Positions 12,796-26,572 are shown, counted from the stretch's first letter. The stretch is 64,000 bases of DNA from Marsupella aquatica (GCA_973895155.1 OZ316897.1:4372211-4436210); one strand, 5' to 3'. A program made the numbers and translations. Notes: generated by a model from the letters alone, not told the origin.

Positions 12796-13555
12796 CCGTC
12801 TTCCCCCGAACACAGCGCCCAAGCGTTGTGTTCGAATATGACTTTTTTTGGACCCTAAAAGTAAAAAGTGGTTTTTATTCAAACACAACGTTGGATTAAC
12901 ACAACACCCGGGCGCTGTGTTTGAGTTTGGCGTTGTGTTTGAAGTTGGCACAGCAAAGTGTTGGCATTGGCTCTATGTGAGATCGTATTTTGGTAAGTAG
13001 TGTACATTCAAAACTGAACAAATGAAGTAGGCAGTCCACAATTTTTGCAGCATGTACCAACAATTTATCAAGCAAAAGCTTAGAACACATGTCGACAACT
13101 TGTCCAAGTCTCCTTGGTTATGTGATTTTATTGTGCTGTTAGACATATTTTTATTGTTTGAGGCAACCAAACAATTGTCTTATGGTATGACATGCACTAA
13201 GTTGACAATTGTGATGTTCTGGAATAATTTTTAGAATATTGTTGTTTGTCATAAATTTATGGTAGTTATGATTTGCAAGGTCTGTTCTCTTACCTTCCCT
13301 TGTGTAATTCCAGCATTTGAATTACCTACACATTCCCAACACTTTATTTAAGACTTCGGTTCCTGCTTACACAATACATTAATCTCCTAACCTTGTACAC
13401 AAGGGCCTAAACTCAAACAGAGCTCTATCTTTGAATACATTGCCATTTTCTAACACAGCGCCACTAGTGAAAAAAATTCAAAACCATGTCAAAAAATTTG
13501 AACACAATGACTAGGGTGCTATATTTGAATATAGGGGGGTGGGGGGTGAAGACCG
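12796..13555. mobile_element. Non-autonomous Tc1/mariner/pogo-like DNA element with TA TSD, inserted in the satellite
   Basis: TA-ccgtcttccccc...gggtgaagaccg-TA. Removing it restores the satellite unit ggacatttaggcTAgtcctaataact. Subterminal aacacaacg/gcgttgtgtt motifs are repeated. Confidence 0.8.
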
Positions 13556-14998
13556 TAGTCCTAATAACTTTCAATATCACTTATTAAGACTAGACAAAAA
13601 CACATAGCCACACGGTGGCATTAGGCTACTAACGTTATCAATAGACATGCCTGATACAGTCAATGTATGAAAGGCCTGTAGAGTATAGACCCAAGTCGAC
13701 AGAATGCTCACGTCGTGTACAGCAGCATTTCCGAGTGGAATGAGCGGAATGAGCGGAATGAGCGGAAGAATTCTGAGGAGTAAAAGAAGATTTGGTGGGT
13801 GTGCTTCCGGTGCTGCCGCGAAGCCGATCTGCAGCTCACAGTTTTTTAAGGTACACTTTTCGGTTCGACGAGCTGTCACGTGAACTTTCTCTGTCGTCGG
13901 CCTTTGTCTCCTTCCGAGCTGCTCTGCTTTTTTAAATCCTTTCTTCGCTGCTCGGATCCCAGATTCATTGTGATCCACGGATTGGCGACTGGATCATCCG
14001 AATTTGCGAAAAGGCCGAACTGGAGGAGAGGAGGTGGTGGTGGCCTGGTGGTGATTTTAGTCCGGCCTCTCGCCAATGCTTGCGGCAGATGTGTGTGTTT
14101 GTTTTCCTGATCTTAGTGTGTGACCCTCCCTTGTCGAGACGCGAGGCGAAAGCGAAAGTTTGAGAGCGAAAAAGGCGGAGAGAGGCAGCACAGAGAGCGA
14201 GAGAGAGAAGATATTGTTTTGGGTGTTATATCTTGAAGGGTGGAGAGGAAAGCGCAGAGCTCTGAGGGCTATACCTGGGGAAAGGCGAGGTATCTTGTTG
14301 CGTTTGTGGATGTGAGGTGGCGTTGGCTGCAGGGCCGTATAAATGAATTAGGGTGAAGACGATGGTGGATTTCCTGTTCAATGTCCTGCTGATAGGGCTG
14401 ATCGTGGAAGGAACGATTCTGGGAGTGAGAGAGTGCCACAGGAGGCTGCAGAAGAGGCGAGAGGTCAAGGAGAAAGCTCGGCAGGAGGACAGTCGAAAGG
14501 AACAAGAGAGGAAGGAGAAGTGACGGGTGTATGATTTTTGGACATCTAGTTCAGGAGTGGATTTTTTAGCAACTTCCAACGGCGGCCGTCATTGGAATCG
14601 GCAAAACTACGGAAATTGCCTCTGTCGTCTTCCTTTCGTCTGGGAGCTACGTGCCTCGTGAGACTTTGTAGCGTCCAAGAAGCAGCAAAAGTAGTGTGTT
14701 CGCTTTCTAGTGTTGGGAACTAGAGGCACTCCTCCTGTTCGTTCCTAAATGCGCCCGAGCTCATCATAGTCTCGTACACTTCTTCGCCAACGATAAGCTC
14801 TTTGGGAAGTCGTTTGCAGCGCCATACTTCATTTGGACCTTCTTTGCATAAACTTCCCCTTCGATCGCTTTGGACACAGGATCCGCTGGCAACTCGATCG
14901 AAGCCTCTCATAGTTCAGCAACGTTGCATTAAAGCTGCCGGTCTGTGACAACCGCCTCGAAGAGAGTTTCGGCCTTAGTCAGGGTTACCAGCTTCAAA

Positions 14999-15264
14999 AT
15001 GGCCACCCTCTCCAAGAGTGTTTCGGCGGCCTCCGCCGTGGGAACAACATTCGCCGACAAGACGTCTTTTGCCGAATCCATCGTCGGCCAAAAATTTACT
15101 GTTAGCAGTGGCTTCTTCGGCCGCTCGCTCTGTGTGACCTCAACTCCACTACGAGATGGCTCTAGATCTCGTTCGTCTTCTCGACAATCTTCACGCTCTG
15201 GGACCGCCTTCGCCTCTATCGCTCCGAGGTCAGTCTCCGCGCTCCAACTGAAACTCGCACACCT

Positions 15265-15314
<50 letters not shown>

Positions 15315-18300
15315 ATTGTGCGAGCGCAGTGGATTGTGTAGTCCCCTTGCTCCAGAGGGAATATAGTTTACGCTTGAGTTTATTGTCCCCATTCCCCGAC
15401 GTGTCGTTAGACACGGGACTTCACAAGACGAAGAAGCCTAAGGGAGAACCAGAATAGCTAGTGGGGATTCTCTCAGGTAGGAATGGTGATTTTTTATGGC
15501 CCTATTAAAGTGTGGTTTTCGCCTACGTGGTAAAAATCATCATCTTACTATTGTCGAAATTCCGTGAGAGAGCCTTACAGATCCCAACCGACCCCTGGAA
15601 TCCTGGTGATCTCCTTTAGTGTTGAGCTAGTAGATCACTTGTTGACCTGACAAGTAAATTGAGGGAGGCTTTTTTGAAGCCACGAGACCGAATCACACCT
15701 CCGTGATATGGGTTCGAGACGATTGGGCACCATCCAAACCTCCACTGTGTTGCCTTTTCGTCCATGGAGAGGTGATGATTGGGTCCTGCGTTGGGGCATT
15801 GTTTGGTTTGTTTCGAGTGAGAGCGAGCGTGGGTGGTTCTTGGCGGTTGGAAAGATCCTGTGTGATCAGCTCTCTCATGGCGTCCTCTATCATGCTCGAT
15901 GAATTGATGGGTTACTCAGTGGCTCAACGAGGACGCTGTTCTTCCTGGGCTGTAATTTACAGATGTAGAGAATCAGATGGCCTCTTTTGTAGCGACTCCA
16001 TATTAAGAAAATGGGGAATGGTCTATCGTTGTTGCTGAACTCAAGATGTCGTCAATTCCCGGAAACTGTAAGTAGGGGTGCCAAGCGTTTCTAGTCGTGA
16101 CGGTAATATGTTTGTGGAGAATGGAAAAGCTGGGAGAGATGCATCATTTGGCGGACATCCCTGATGTAGTCGGAGGGATGTCTTTCCACTCCTCAATAAA
16201 CGATGAAATGCAAGTGATTTCATTAGGGCCTCTGTTCCTGTGTCCATCGACGAATCAGAAGTTGGTCCTCGGTGCACTGTCAAGGACTCTCGGTTTCGAA
16301 TTCTGGAGGAAGAAAGTCGGCTGGGCGTGCGCCTTTCCCTACTGTTGTTAGAAATTGAGAATCCCCGTAATGATGGTATATGTTTTCCACTAAATTTAGG
16401 GTCCAGTGCGGGCAGAGCACGGTTTTGTACCCCGATCTAGAACTAAATTCTTGACTGCTGGGGAGTTTAGATGTACAGCCGTTAATCAAGTTCTTGTAGG
16501 TATAAAAAGTGTTGAATTCTCACGTGATTTGATTAGTACATCGTCGACGAAGATTGTTGCTCACAGGTTTATTGTTGATTTGCAGTCCAGCACAGACGCA
16601 GGTCGAACAGCCGCAATCCCAGGCTGCTACTTCGTCAGTCATTCAGGATGGAAAGAGGATTGAATGTTACGGCGTTTTCTGTGTAACCTATGACTTGAAA
16701 GAGGTTTGCTCAATGCTCTCGATCTGAATCTGTCGAAGTATAGTGGCTTTGCCCTGGCATTGCTAACGGGCCCTTTCGTGTCGATACCTGTCTGAAGATA
16801 ATGCAAAGATGATTATATTCTTCTACTAGCTTTTCTGGGGGCTTAAACAACGTATGGGCGGTTCCCTCGTAGATCATTCGTGAGAGAGGGTTTGTCGGGT
16901 CGTGAACTGGATGTCAAAGCTAGTTGAGAACCAGAGATAAAAAAGTGCGATTGGCACCCTGCAATACATCAGTGTCAGCATGTATGGGGTACGGCAAGCG
17001 ATTCAGGGTCAGGAATAATTGAGACCAGTCCTTGGGGTCACATATCTTTGTTGACTTTGGTCGTAAGATCCTGCAAGGATCTTTTGCAAGGGAACGCGAG
17101 TAGTTGATCAGAAGCTGAAGTCCTTGCGGTCTGCAAGGTCAGTGTTTAGCCTTGGGACTGACAGCGGCGTGTAACGTTAATTTCTGGATATGACTAACTT
17201 CTTATAAAATTTGATAGTTTATTGTCGGGCGTTGAATAACTCAGAACCGGGTCTGGTATTCCATTTACTGGAAAGGTAGATGTAGCATAAACGTTGCGTG
17301 TCTAGGTGCACCAAAGTAATGTTACAGTATTTTGTGCTTGAAAGGCATTAAAATGGGGAAATTACAACGGTGTTTGTGTCGTACGATAAATTTTTATGGC
17401 AATTAGGTCTGCAAGGATTCGGGAATGACAATAATATGACTATGTCTTCGATCTGCAGGATGAAAGGCCAAAGACATGGAAGAAAACCGTGCGCATTGCC
17501 GTTTCAGGTGCTGCCGGTGCCATTTCAAATCATCTTCTCTTCAAGGTTTGTCTCCGCCACACCTACTGGATTGTCAGTTTCTTATTCCACAGCTGTATTC
17601 TTTCCCGTGTGCAAGAGTACTCTACCCAATAGTTTCTTTTCCTCGTCGTGGAGGCAGAAATTACCGTTCACAACGTCTTGTGAGGAGAAGGAATGGTCTG
17701 TGATAATTGCTCTCGTTTGTTTTGGGCGGCTGATGAATATTGAACTGTTTGGACAATTAGTTTGTCCAATTTCCCTCGAAGAGTTATGGACCTTAATCTG
17801 AAGTATATGACGTTTTATGTGGGATTTCTTAAAGTGTGTTGTGTTGTACTTGTAAGCGCGATGATTTAGATGAATAGTAAGTGGCTTTTTTCTATAGAGT
17901 CCCACCGCGAGGGGCGTCGTCCTGCTTTTGCGACACTCATTGTATTGATGTTATCGTCTGCAGCTTGCCTCCGGGGAAGTCTTCGGGCCAGATCAGCCAA
18001 TTGCCCTCAATCTTTTGGGATCGGTCAGGTCTCGAGATGCGTTGGAAGGTAGGCATCTGCTGTAAATTTCGGTAGACCTACATTCGTCGAGCATTGTCTA
18101 AGTGATTCTTTTCTGGTATTTTAATCTTGTGTCCCACAGTCCTGCAACGAGACCCACATCAACATGCTGAATTTGGTGTCGTTCTTTCCTTTGATTCAAG
18201 CTTGTACTATCTGTACCGATGGATAGTTTTGCTTGCTTGTTCCTCAAGAGCGTCATGTTACGCTGAAACCTGAGGATTGGAACTTGCAGATTTTGAGTTA

Positions 18301-21300
18301 TCTGAGGAAGAAAATGATGAAATAACAGCTTTCGAGCTATGCTTATCAGACCAACATCTGATCCACCTCTTTATGGGACATGTCTTATTGCAGGAGTTGC
18401 AATGGAGCTGGAGGATTCATTGTATCCGTTGTTACGGGAAGTTAATATTGGAATTGAACCGATTGAGGTATTCCGTGACTGCGATTGGGCTCTCCTGATT
18501 GGTGCAAAGCCCCGAGGACCTGGCATGGAGCGAGCTGATCTACTGGACATCAATGGGCAAATATTTGCAGAGCAGGTACCCAGGACGTAGACAAGGCATA
18601 CCCGAAGTGGTCAAAATCTTGGAACAAATATCGTTCATGTAAATTGTTAGAGCTTGCTGTCACTGTGTGACCAATTTTTTATTTTCCTTTTCTCACATGG
18701 AAGCTGTGGAAATGCAGGCTAAAGCTCTCAATGCAGTCGCTAGTCCAAATGTTAAGGTCCTTGTTGTCGGAAATCCTTGTAATACCAAGTAAGTGTTGCC
18801 TCTGATTTGATCACCACGTAGTTCCTTGAGAGTATACCCATGAGATTTGCTAGGATTTGAGAACTTGCAAACAATTGGCGTAGATTGCGTCAAATTATTA
18901 GTTGAATCCAACTATATTGTATTGGAATTATGAGCCATGCTTTCTGGCCAAGGACATGGAAGTTTATATGGCCGGAATATTGGTTCTGAATGTGTATAGC
19001 GGTTAATTTCTGTTTTAAGACGAGCAAGGAGGATTTTCTGTCAATTCCGTTTACTTTGTTCCTCATGAAGCTAGTCTTCTGGATGCAGTGCGCTCATTGC
19101 CTTGAAGAATGCCCCTCGTATTCCTGCAAAGAATTTTCATGCGCTTACGAGATTGGATGAGAATAGGGCGAAATGTCAGGTAATCCGAGTTTCTGTTGCC
19201 TTGTTTCCTTCAAGTTTGAAAGAACCCAGATCAGTGTGTATTGTGTTTCTAGAGTCTATCATGGTTTGTGGTAAATGTCTGAATTTCTTTCGATGCTTTT
19301 TTCTAAACAGTGATGAGTGTTCAACTGCATGGGATCCTAGCATAAATGTTAACGTTTCCTCCAATCTTACATACGGCGTCAGTTGTAAAATTAAAGGCTT
19401 GATATTCTCTCCTATGCACACAGGTAGATAGACGTGGCTGGATACATTTAATGCCTTCATCGTCTGACCTTCCTAGTCTGATTTTCACGGAGTCATCCTC
19501 ACGAGTCTTTCAAATACATTTGCGGAAAAAGTGGTAGCCAGTGGAGTTCCGAAGACATCATGTCATCTGTTCGATCGTTTGTCATAGGGTTTCCATTGCT
19601 CTAGATGCACAGATGAAATAGAAGTCCTATGTAGTGCATCTCGGGTACAATGTTCAATACCAAGAATACAGAGCTTATAGTCGTATGCACTTCGTTATAG
19701 ACGGGGTTGAACTGCTAAAGTGATGGAAGCGTATTGAATAAGGATTATTCGTTTCCCCCACACCTACATAAAAGTGATGGATGTTGTGGCAAATGTTTGT
19801 CATGCAGCTTGCAATCAAAGCCGGCGTTTTCTACGATAATGTTTCCAATGTGACTATTTGGGGGAATCATAGCACAACTCAAGTAAGTCCAGCATAATAT
19901 GTTTCCAAATTGTTTCAATGTTAAATCGTTGTAATGCCCACAGAGGTGCCGGTTTGGGACAGCTGAGTAACTTCAGATGACAGAGTATCTCATAGTTAAT
20001 CTGTCTTTTGGGTGTAGGTCCCTGATTTTCTTAACGCCAAGATCCATGAGAGAAAAGTCACAGATGTCATCACCGACACAAAGTGGTTGAAGGAAGAGTT
20101 CACCCCCAAAGTTCAGACAGTGAGTAATTTGTCCTGTGCACTTTAATAATATTCATTTCTTTGGGTCTATATCTATTTACAACTGGCAGTGTGTCCTTTT
20201 GCTATTGTTATTATTTTTCGGTTCTCAGTAAGTCATTGTATTCTTTGTTGACCTCGTCACCACCTTTATGCAGCGTGGAGGTGTATTGATTAAGAAATGG
20301 GGACGGTCGTCTGCAGCATCCACTGCTGTTTCAATTGCGGATGCTATCAAGTCACTAGTCACTCCAACTCCAGAGGGTGACTGGTTTTCATCAGGGGTGA
20401 GTCATTATACACAATTGATCTCGGCTATGAACTTATCTGTGGCATAACGCATAACTTTATTCACATTGAAGGGAAACGGTAGCTGACATGCGAATTCTTC
20501 TGTTACAGGTTTACACGACTGGAAATCCGTACGGAATTGCGGAGGACATTGTGTTTAGTATGCCGTGCAGATCTAAGGTAGCTAATCATATCTTAATTTC
20601 ATTGGTATCCCAGGATTTTAAAAGATTGTATGCTTGTCTTAAAGATGGTTGGCAGATTGACTTCAACTTCTTAAAATCTGACTTCATCTGAACGTGTAAG
20701 CCACGTTTGCAATGCTGATTAAGGAGTTGTAGGTTACCCTGGTTCGTATTGACAAATGCCTTCTTCCTTTCAAGGAGCGCTTAGTGGGACTGATCCGATT
20801 CTGCTTCTTCATGTCGCTGAAAGAGTTCTTTACGTGTGGTAGTACTTAATGTAAATCTTGATGTTCTTGAATGTCTGCAGGGGGATGGTGACTACGAATT
20901 AGTACCCAATGTACTGATAGATGATTATCTCTATGAACGTATCAAGAAGGTTTGATCTATAATTGCACGCTACTCTTGCTTCCCCATTCACTAGACCCGT
21001 GTGGCACAGTACAAAGCTTCTTGTGGTCCTTCAACTCTGCATTGGGATAGTGACTGCCATTTGCATTGAATTTGCCTTCTTCGCTGGTGTATTGTTTTAA
21101 TGCAAGGGAAATTAACTTTATAGTCATATTTGTCATGATGCAGAGCGAGGAAGAGCTTCTTTCTGAGAAGCAATGTGTTGCCCACCTAATTGGAGAGGTA
21201 ATTTGGTTTACTCTGAGCTTGATTTTGCTGAAGCTTGTCAAATTCGACGTTGGAAGGACCTCTGGCCATAGAATTATGGATTGCCGCTGGCTCCAACGAC

Positions 21301-21526
21301 CCGTCTTATGTTTGTAGGAAAATACGGGTCAATTGAGATAGATCTACTGACCAGCTTATTGTTTTCTTGGGCTGGGATTTTCAAGGATCAGGATGAGGAT
21401 CTAAAAGGGTTTGAGGTCCTTCAGTGTCTAGTCCAGAACCTAATTCTAACGGTAGCTATTATTGGTATGCAGGATGGTGGTTTTTGTGATATCACGGAAG
21501 ACACTATGCTCCCAGGAGAAGTATAA
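14999..21526 (+). CDS. NADP-MDH: Chloroplast NADP-dependent malate dehydrogenase. Exons 14999-15228, 16586-16703, 17459-17545, 17964-18048, 18394-18575, 18718-18788, 19089-19179, 19808-19882, 20018-20119, 20274-20396, 20509-20577, 20881-20949, 21144-21197, 21473-21526
   Basis: Ser/Arg-rich transit peptide, then [89 protein letters not shown] and the C-terminus [25 protein letters not shown]. All introns are GT-AG and in phase. Confidence 0.96.
15269..15311. repeat. (GA)n microsatellite in NADP-MDH intron 1
   Basis: About 21 GA units. Confidence 0.95.
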
Positions 21527-22627
21527 CTAAATTTTGCTTTAGGTCACGATTAGAAGTCAGATAGGTTATAGCTGTTCCAAGAGCAGTCAAATATTGAAAT
21601 GAGGAGGGAATGACTAGTCTCCGTCCCAGTAGGCAGCTGACAACTATTATCCTGCAATTCCTGGTTCTTAGCATTTTCAAATTCTGGATCTTCGAGAGTT
21701 CTGAGAAGAATCCTTTATCCCAAGGTTTCGTGGAAAGGTGCAAAAGCAAAAACTTGAGCTCGTTACAGGCTTTCGGTAGAGAGAGTTCTGTTCTCCTTAT
21801 ACATGTGGAGAATACCTCGTCTGCTGACTGTATGAAGTAGTTGCCGGCTGAGGAGGTTCTCTCTTTGCAGAAAATGTGTCACACCCTCTGCCACTGTAAT
21901 TTGACCACTCTCATTATTGATTGAGATAATATTTGCAATGAACCCTAAACATCCTCTCTAAATGTTGATTTAGAGAGGACATCCCCTCTAAAGACAACAC
22001 CCTGAATTGGTACTAGTTGTGTAGAGTAGTGAAGGATTTAGGGATGAAACTTACCCGTGTGCTGTAACTACCACATCATTTTACTTCTTTGCAAGTCCTA
22101 CGTGGTATATGTTATTTGGTTCGAATGCAGCATCTGATCCACAGATGCCCCTTTGTTTACAAAACCCTCCCTCCTTTGCTTGCAGAACCCTCCTTCACTT
22201 GTGTGCCATGACCACCCTCCGACCTGTTGTAGACCCTTGCAATCGTGTTGCTATTCGTGCCCAGACCTTCTCATGCCCCATTGCCTGTCTCGCAAAATGC
22301 TTTTCTGCAATGGTGGAGTTTTCTGATTCAGGTTCACGTTTTTATGATCATCCAATTAGTTTGACCCAAGCTAAACAAACAATTTGACCCAAGCTAAAAT
22401 CAGAAAACCCCACCATTTCAGAAATTGTAGAAATTTGACCCAAGCTAAAAAAAACAAACAGTGGGCACTCCTATTCACACCACCCTCTGTTTTGTTGTTT
22501 TTGCCTGGAAAAAACCAGCTGAAATTCTTTTGAAAGCATACAAAACAAGTGGCTTGCAAGGGTTTGGCACCCAGGGTGACGAGAGATCGTGAAGCCCAGA
22601 AGACTGGAGAGGAAGCCAACCAAAAAA

Positions 22628-22856
22628 TTTAACTACTGCAGTGGGAGGCACAATACTTTAGAAGACAGTGACCAGCATAGTTTAACTACTGCAGTGGGAG
22701 GCACAATACTTTAGAAGACAGTGACCAGCATAATTTAATTACTGCAGTGGGAGGCACAATACTTTAGAAGACAGTGACCAGCATAATTTAACTACTGCTG
22801 TGGGAGGCACAATACTTTAGAAGAGGCACAATACTTTAGAAGACAGTGACCAGCAT
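22628..22856. repeat. Minisatellite, 53-bp unit x4
   Basis: tttaactactgcagtgggaggcacaatactttagaagacagtgaccagcata(g/a) at 22628, 22681, 22734 and 22787. The last unit carries an internal 19-bp duplication. Confidence 0.92.
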
Positions 22857-23617
22857 GGTACTGAACAGTGGGTCAGCGAGAAGCCAGCACCAGGACAGAG
22901 CAAGAACTAAAGATGGAAGTCAAACCAAAAATTTAAGTATTGCAGCGGGAGGGACATTACTCAGGCATGGTACTGAATAGTGTAATTTCCGAGTTTCTTA
23001 ATGTATTGTCATGTACTACAGCATGGGACAAAACAAGATGAGGGGGAGCACATAATTGTTTCTTTCTTTCTAGAGAATGCCTATCGAATCCCTTATGTTG
23101 TTCCTTGGGACAACAAGACTGCACTCATGGACGGCATCGTTTAACACGATTATATTTATTCTCTGAATCTTGTCATAGTGGAAATTTGTTTGATTTATTA
23201 TTTATTTTTGGTTGAGGTCATAGTGGCAATTATGTGGTGGCTCTGGTGGAAACACTAACGGTATTTAAAGGGGATGTATGACAAAGGGAAGGGGTCATTC
23301 AAGGCATCTTTGATAGACTAAATATGAGTAAAAAAAAAGAGAGAGGATATTTCTTCTAATCAGGCGTGTCTTGTTTGCAACGGATGAGTGTGGCTGGATT
23401 TAGGGTTTAGGCCAAGTCAGAAGTCAAGGTGTCTCAATCTTAACTTAGGATTTTCTGAAATCTTTAAAACTATCATGATTTGATATGCAAATGTGTAAAC
23501 TTTTTAATCCATCTCTTGTGTAATAGCAAGTTAATTAGATTTACATTTCTATGATAGATTATTGCTTCAAAATTTGTTGCAAATACCTTTGATAGAGAAA
23601 TTATCCTTATTCGTGTA

Positions 23618-23965
23618 CTCGGGGGGGGGGGGGGGGGGGGCGGGGGTTCACTTCCACGGAAGTGGCACATCACGTGCAACGAAGTATAGGCCCATTTAAA
23701 TAGGTGTGGCGGAAGACTTCCAAAGTTTGGTGGAAGGACACATAGGGCATGTTTTATTGACTAGTCAACTTTAAAGAACACATAGGCCTATTTAATTGTA
23801 AAAAATATTTTCTTTAAAGTTTTTTGGGGTTTTTTAGTAAAAAATGACAAAATTTAAAGAAAGAAAGGGCTTTGCAAAAAAATAATTGTCACTTATAAGT
23901 TAGGGGGGTCAAACCCTAAAATGTTGCACGCGATGTATGGCCCTCCATGTAGTGACCCCCCCAAG
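23618..23965 (+). mobile_element. MITE (TIR CTCGGGG..TCAC, 8-bp TSD), copy 1
   Basis: ctcggggg...gtgaccccccc aag, with perfect TSD ttcgtgta at 23610-23617 and 23966-23973. Confidence 0.88.
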
Positions 23966-24809
23966 TTCGTGTAAGAGAGCATACCAAATCTCATTTGTTT
24001 CTGTGGGAAAAATAGAAGTTAGGCTACAAGGTAAAGGTCATTCATTTAGTTTGCTTGGAAAAAACAAGACACACAAGGCTGGTAAATATTACTAATTTAC
24101 TGATGTCATATGTGCATGATACTTGCAATAAAATAATTAAAATTGAAATATATAAGATTGAGAATTAGGTGGAAGATTTAACAAGAAGATTCATTATTTC
24201 GTTAACCTTCTAACATATCTATAAAAGCTCTAAACCTCTACGTTAAGTGTGTGGAGCTAGAGTACATGGGTGTGATCAATGTGGAATCCTAAAGCATCTA
24301 TCCATGCCTCATCCACACTAAATCCTACTTTGTTGCCCAATACATTTGGGAGTGATAAGCATATGATGTTGCTACATGAAGGTGCACCATTCTCGGCAAC
24401 AATTGTTTTGTCCTTTGTTTGCCTTTGCAAATAATGTGCTCATTAGCAGGGACCCAAAACCTGCCACTAAGGTTCATGAGGGAGTACCAAAAAAATCATA
24501 TGAATCTGTACACCATTTGAGTTGTGCCTCGACAAGTTGTCAAAACTACCAGCTCAGAGCGTCCCATAACCTTACTAAATACAGCATGTAAAATAATTGC
24601 CAAACTGATAGCCTCCAAGCTTCGTAGGGTGCTTCCAAAAATGGTTAACATACAGCAAACAGGATTTGTACCAGGGCGACAAATCCTTGATAATATCTCC
24701 ATAGCCTGGCTTGCTAGTGATTGGTTGATTACCAATAATGTACCTGCTCTATTCCTAAAAATGGACTTTTCAAAGCCTTTTGATAGAGTTGATCATCGCT
24801 ATATCAGGG

Positions 24810-25150
24810 CTCGGGGGGGGGGGGGGGGGTCAATTCCACGGAAGTGGCACATCACATGCGACGAAGTTTAGGCCCATTTAAATGGGTGTGGCGAAAGACT
24901 TCCAAAGTTTGGTGGAAGAACACATAATTAGGGCATGTTTTATTGACTGATCAACTTTAAAGAACACATAGGCCTATTTAATTGCAAAAAATACTTTCTT
25001 TAAAGGTTTTAGGGGTTTTTAATAAAAAATGACAAAATTTAAAGAAAGAAAGGGCTTTGAAAAAAAATATTTTTCACTTATAAGTTAGGGGGTCAAACCC
25101 TCGAAAACATCGCACGCGATGTATGGCCCTCCATATAGTGACCCCCCGAG
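24810..25150 (+). mobile_element. MITE (CTCGGGG TIR), copy 2, inserted in the LINE RT domain
   Basis: ctcgggg...gtgaccccccgag, with TSD tatcaggg/tatgaggg. Confidence 0.88.
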
Positions 25151-26287
25151 TATGAGGGATAGTTACCTTGGTCACCCTACGTCTAAGTCCCCTACTACTA
25201 ATAAGCAATATACTGGGTTTGACATCTCATGCTTCTGCAAAGGTCCACATGAATGGATTATTTACTGAACCCATCCATCTCATGAGGGGTGTTCGTCAAG
25301 GCTGCCCCCTTGCCCCTCTAATCTATGCCTTATCTACTCAACCACTAATGGATTATTTTGATGAAGCTCTCAGGGCTGGGGAAGTGCATGGCATTAAAAT
25401 CAATAATGACTTGACTCTCTTTCACAGGTTTTGTGCTGATGACCTTGGGGTTATAACACCCGCTCATGAATCTTGTTACCTGGAGATACATGGCACTATG
25501 GATCTATACAAACTAGCATCCAGGGCACGTCTCAACATTAGAAAAATAGAAGTCATTACATTCTGCATGGAATCTCCATCACAATGGCTGATCGATACTA
25601 ACTGTGTGATTATTCCCCCAGGTCACTTATCCAACTATCTGGGTGCCCCGCCCGGTGCCCCGTTTGGTCAGGATTTGTCCAAAATACAATTCCAGGATTT
25701 TTGTATGAAGAAATTGTATCACCGGCTTGCTAATTGGTCTAACAAAAGCTTCTCTTTCACTGGACATGTTCTTTTGGTCATTCAAGCTGGTATTGCTCTC
25801 CATGACAGTTTACCACATGATGTACACTAACTTTTCAAGCAGTCTTACAGATATGATTCAAAAGACGTGTAAAGACTTCATTTGGGGGTTCAATATGGAC
25901 GGAGGAAGGAAAACTCCTATGGTATGAATCCTGGGATCGGTTGTGTGGCAGGAAACAAGATGGAGGGCTTGGATTTAAGGATGTTCACCTTCAAGCATCA
26001 GCCCTGTTGGCTCGTTGGGCTGTTCAAATGATCAATGACCCACATTCTGAATGGGCCACTCTTTTCTCTGCAAACCTCCGCCTTGCAGCTTGGAAAAAGT
26101 TGGTGGTCCTTCACTGAGATACACAACTATGGATTGCTTCCTATTCTCTACCCCGTCTGGCTTTCGTGGTATGGGTTATACAACGGGGATCTGGATGGCC
26201 TGGATCAAAATCAGGAGCCACCTGCACTGGTCCTCTCTCTTTTGCTATTCCAGCTCGATGGATTATTGAGGACCTATTCTATAAAAT

Positions 26288-26572
26288 CAATAGTTTCACT
26301 AATTCTGGAATATTATTAACGATTTGGAAATTTCATAACAACTTTTTGGAAATTTAAATCAACTAAATTGTAGATAAATATGAAACTTATCAATATCATA
26401 TTTGAAATTTTTTGATCAAGATATATAAAGCTTAACAAGCTACTCCTAATAAATCTATGCATAACATACAATGCACTCTAGAACTCAAGTTATAGGGAAA
26501 AGAATAATTGGTGTTGGAAATTTCATGATCAAAAATTGGACAAAAGAATGTCCAGAGTTAGTGAATTCACTG
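26288..26572. mobile_element. AT-rich MITE of a different family inserted in LINE ORF2
   Basis: Imperfect TIRs caatagtttcactaattctgga / tccagagttagtgaattcactg. LINE-like coding sequence stops before it and resumes after it. Confidence 0.6.

Noticed and set aside
14929-15457. 170-aa and 161-aa ORFs with ER/LS repeats
   Set aside because: These are read-through of NADP-MDH exon 1 into the (GA)n intron and its antisense shadow.
1466-21526. NAD(P)-metabolism gene cluster (nicotinamidase-like, complex I subunit, NADP-MDH)
   Set aside because: The products act in different compartments, the hydrolase substrate is unknown, and there is no evidence of co-regulation. Probably coincidental.
22628-22856. 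CRISPR-like regular repeat
   Set aside because: Units are contiguous with no unique spacers, there are no cas genes, and the context is eukaryotic. It is a minisatellite.
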